A stretch of 47,082 bases of DNA, taken from assembly GCA_035285125.1 (NCBI GenBank), contig JAYKHR010000135.1, forward strand, positions 1 to 47,082, given 5' to 3'. Of this stretch, positions 44,270 through 47,082 are shown piece by piece. The number at the start of each line of letters is the position of its first letter. Positions within the stretch are counted from its first letter, which is position 1. A model generated the notes under the pieces. The model made no database searches and was not told where the DNA came from. It was given only the letters and a program-made list of their open reading frames with translations. The stretch is from Candidatus Sericytochromatia bacterium (lineage in GTDB: Bacteria; Cyanobacteriota; Sericytochromatia; S15B-MN24; JAQBPE01). The position numbers were made by a program, and so were the translations under genes.

Positions 44270-47062
44270 ATGTTCAAGATCCTTCGCCTTTCCTTCTCGA
44301 ACTGGGACTGCTGGCGGCCGGTGTCGGTGCCCCTCGATGAGCCCATCGTGATGCTCGCCGGCCCCAACGGCTCGGGCAAGACGACCTTCCTCGACGGCAT
44401 CCGCATCATCCTGAACGCGCCGCGCCTGTCCACCAAGCGCCGGCGCAACAAGTACATGCGCGACAAGCGCCAGATGACGGTGGTGTCGGCGCTCGTCAGC
44501 AACTACGAGTCCGAAGTGGGGCGTCCGTTCCGCTGTCTGAACATCCTGGAGGACCACGTCACGCTGGCCTGCGTGCTGGTGCCCGCGGCCGGCAGCGTGG
44601 AGAGCCGCTACGTGATCCTGCCGGGGGACGCGCCGTTCTCGGACATCCAGGCCGCCTACGCCCAGAACAAGCTCTACGGCCCTGGCGAGTACTCCGACAT
44701 CCTCTTCAAGGCGGGCGTGAGCCGCTCGCTGCTCTCGATCCTGGCCATCGAGCAGGGCGAGACCAACAAGCTGTGCGAGCGCACGCCGCAGGAGCTGTTC
44801 ACCTACGTGATGCAGATCAAGGGGCAGCGCCAGGTCTTCGACCGCTACCAGGAGGCCAAGGACAGCTACCACAAGGCCCTCGCGGACCTGGACGAGCAGA
44901 CCAAGCGGCTCGGCGTCGAGCAGGCCACCCTGGAGAAGCTCGAGCGCCAGAAGCGCGAGTTCGATCTCTTCACCGATCGCCACCGGCAGGTGGGGCACTA
45001 CCGCACGACGCTGCTGCCCCTCGCCGAGTACAAAGACGTCCTCGGGGACCTCAAGCGGCTCGGGCCTGACCTCGAGAACGGCCAGCAGCGGCTCGAGGCG
45101 CTCAAGGCCGACCGCGAGGCCCTGAAGGCCTTCCACGCCCGGGAGATCGAGGGCAAGGCCCGCCTGACGGCGGAGCTCACGGACGCGCGGGCGCGCGGCC
45201 AGGCGATGGATCACGACCGCAAGGCTGCGATGGGCGAGGGCCGCGACATGGACCTCGCCCTCGGCCGGCTCGAGGGCGTGCGGCAGGTGGCCGAGCGCGT
45301 GCTCGAGGAAGACATGGAGGCCCTCGAGGCCGACGTGGCCGTCGCGGAGGAGGCCCTCGGCGACGCGCGGGCCCGCCTCAACCGCGTCGAGGAGCAGCGC
45401 AAGGAGCTGCTCGGGGTGCTGGCCTCGCTGCAGAAGGGGCAGGTCGTCTACCCCCCCTTCGTGGACGGCATGCGAGAGACGCTGCGCGCGGCAGACATTC
45501 CCGCGACCCTGGTCGCGGAGGCCCTCGAGGTCACGGACCCGCACTGGCAGGTGGCCGTCGAGTCCGTCGTGGGCGGCGATCGCTTCAACTGGATCGTCAC
45601 GCCCCAGCACCATGTGGCTGCGCTGGAGCTGGCGCGCCGCAACCGCTACCGTCACTACATGTGCGAGCCGAGCCGCGAGCCCGCTCTGACGGCCCGCGCG
45701 GGCTCGGCGCTGGCCGCCGTGAAGGTCCTGGATCCGCGCGTGCCTCGCTGGATCCTGGAGCGCCTCAACGACACCGCGCTCGTCGATGACGTACAGGCGG
45801 CAAAGGCCGCCATCGGGCGCTTCCAGGCGGCCATCACGGCCGACGGCTACAAGGTCGACCGCCGGGGCGGCATTTTCGTGGGCGTGCGCCCCGGGGAGTG
45901 CTTCCTCGGGCAACTCGGCGTATCGGCCCGGGCCGAGGAGGGCCTCAAGCGCCTCGAGGAGCTCGAGGAGGAGGCCCGTGAGATCAAGCGCGACATGCAG
46001 CTGTACACCCGCGAGCTCGCCGAGCGCCGCCAGGCGGTGGCCGATCAGACGAAGCGGCAAGAGTGGGAAGCGCTGCGGCCGGAGTACGACAGCATCACGG
46101 CGCGGCGCGAGGCCTGGCAGGCCCGCATCACAGAGCTGGAGCAGGCCCTCTCGGCGGCCCAGGAGGAGATCATCCAGAAGGCGCAGGCCGCCGCGAACGC
46201 CGACCGCGACGCCAGCCAGGCGGAGCACGACATGGCCCGCCTGCAGCGGGAGCTCGATGCCCTCCAGGCGCAGCTCGCGAGCCGCGGCCCGCAGCTTGCG
46301 GCGCTCGAGGCAACGCGGCGACGGCTGGAGGATGCGATCCCTGCCGGCGCACGCACGCCGGAGGCCCTGGCGTCCGTGCCGCTGCCTGACGTGGTGCGGC
46401 TCCGCATCAACGAGATGGAATCTGAGCTGGCACGGTACGCGGGCTGCACGGACGCCGCGATCGTCACGCTCTGGGAAAAGCAGGCTGAGAACGTGCAGGC
46501 CCAGGAGACCTTCGTGACGCGTCGCCTGCGGGAGGTGAACGAGGGTGAGACCGAGCTCAAGGCCTGCCGGATGAGCTACATTCGCCTGGTGGAGCAGGTG
46601 CTGGGCGACTATCGCGAGAACGCGCTGCGCCTCGCCGAGAAGGCCAACATCCGGCTGCACATGGAGCTGCCCACGTTCTCGCCCGAGGACGACGGCATCG
46701 AGAAGGCCGGGGTCCACGTGCAGGTGGCCTACGATGGCAAGGACCTCCGCCCCCTCTCCGACCCCGACCTGTCGGGCGGCCAGAAGGTCATTGTGAGCCT
46801 GTTGCTCCTGATGGCGTTGACGGACGGGGACGGCGGGGCGGGGCCTGGCTTCTTCATCCTCGACGAGCCCTTCGCGCACCTGTCGGTGGAGCGCATCGAC
46901 GAGGTCGGAGACTTCCTCAAGGCTTCCAGTGCCCAGTTCATCCTCACCACGCCGACCACGCACAACCACAACGTGTTCAACCCCGCGCGGCTGACGATCA
47001 CGCTCTTCAAAAAGCCCCACCACGAGAACCTCGCGCCGCCCCCGGTGGTGTGCCGGGTCTGA
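44270..47062 (+). CDS. SMC-family ATPase (MksB/JetC-like, 930 aa)
   Basis: Walker A GPNGSGKTT, Q-loop IEQGE, coiled coils, central hinge LEVTDPHWQVAVESVVGGDRFNWIV, signature LSGGQK, Walker B FFILDE, QFILTTP. Confidence 0.92.
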   Translation: MFKILRLSFSNWDCWRPVSVPLDEPIVMLAGPNGSGKTTFLDGIRIILNAPRLSTKRRRNKYMRDKRQMTVVSALVSNYESEVGRPFRCLNILEDHVTLACVLVPAAGSVESRYVILPGDAPFSDIQAAYAQNKLYGPGEYSDILFKAGVSRSLLSILAIEQGETNKLCERTPQELFTYVMQIKGQRQVFDRYQEAKDSYHKALADLDEQTKRLGVEQATLEKLERQKREFDLFTDRHRQVGHYRTTLLPLAEYKDVLGDLKRLGPDLENGQQRLEALKADREALKAFHAREIEGKARLTAELTDARARGQAMDHDRKAAMGEGRDMDLALGRLEGVRQVAERVLEEDMEALEADVAVAEEALGDARARLNRVEEQRKELLGVLASLQKGQVVYPPFVDGMRETLRAADIPATLVAEALEVTDPHWQVAVESVVGGDRFNWIVTPQHHVAALELARRNRYRHYMCEPSREPALTARAGSALAAVKVLDPRVPRWILERLNDTALVDDVQAAKAAIGRFQAAITADGYKVDRRGGIFVGVRPGECFLGQLGVSARAEEGLKRLEELEEEAREIKRDMQLYTRELAERRQAVADQTKRQEWEALRPEYDSITARREAWQARITELEQALSAAQEEIIQKAQAAANADRDASQAEHDMARLQRELDALQAQLASRGPQLAALEATRRRLEDAIPAGARTPEALASVPLPDVVRLRINEMESELARYAGCTDAAIVTLWEKQAENVQAQETFVTRRLREVNEGETELKACRMSYIRLVEQVLGDYRENALRLAEKANIRLHMELPTFSPEDDGIEKAGVHVQVAYDGKDLRPLSDPDLSGGQKVIVSLLLLMALTDGDGGAGPGFFILDEPFAHLSVERIDEVGDFLKASSAQFILTTPTTHNHNVFNPARLTITLFKKPHHENLAPPPVVCRV

Positions 47063-47082
47063 GGGGGGCCGGGCGAGCGGGT

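Noticed and set aside
43577..47023. 1148-aa minus-strand ORF
   Set aside because: Antisense shadow of the SMC/KITE genes, typical of high-GC DNA; no motifs.
44270..47062. SbcC/Rad50 or RecN
   Set aside because: No central CxxC zinc hook and no adjacent SbcD nuclease; a globular SMC-type hinge is present; too long for RecN.

Overview
High-GC bacterial chromosomal window with densely packed genes. The alaS motifs look cyanobacterial and no photosynthesis genes are present, so a non-photosynthetic Cyanobacteriota relative (Sericytochromatia-like) is plausible; this is an inference. Housekeeping and envelope genes include a rhomboid protease, a GT28-NUDIX-MBL operon, alaS, an acyl-CoA thioesterase, tRNA-Val(TAC), an AI-2E transporter, hydA, a tandem GNAT, a DppC-like permease, a TPR lytic transglycosylase, a GGDEF protein and a patatin. 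Main signals: (1) a kleisin-KITE-SMC three-gene operon (divergent MksFEB/Wadjet JetABC-like) at the right end, with no nuclease gene visible in the window; (2) directly upstream, three unusually large pilin-like proteins (PilV/PilW/PilX-like); (3) a recurring 11-bp-period TAA-N7-TTAA motif in five AT-rich intergenic islands, mostly upstream of extracellular-type proteins, several of which lack a Sec signal (a 1075-aa LysM protein with an FlgM-like N-terminal motif, a subtilase, a glycine-zipper protein and a phosphodiester glycosidase), suggesting a co-regulated export regulon; (4) a GH113-like protein lacking both catalytic glutamates; (5) two frameshifted beta-propeller genes; (6) a structured repeat island at 28.9-29.2 kb. 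All family calls come from motif recognition by eye, not from database searches.
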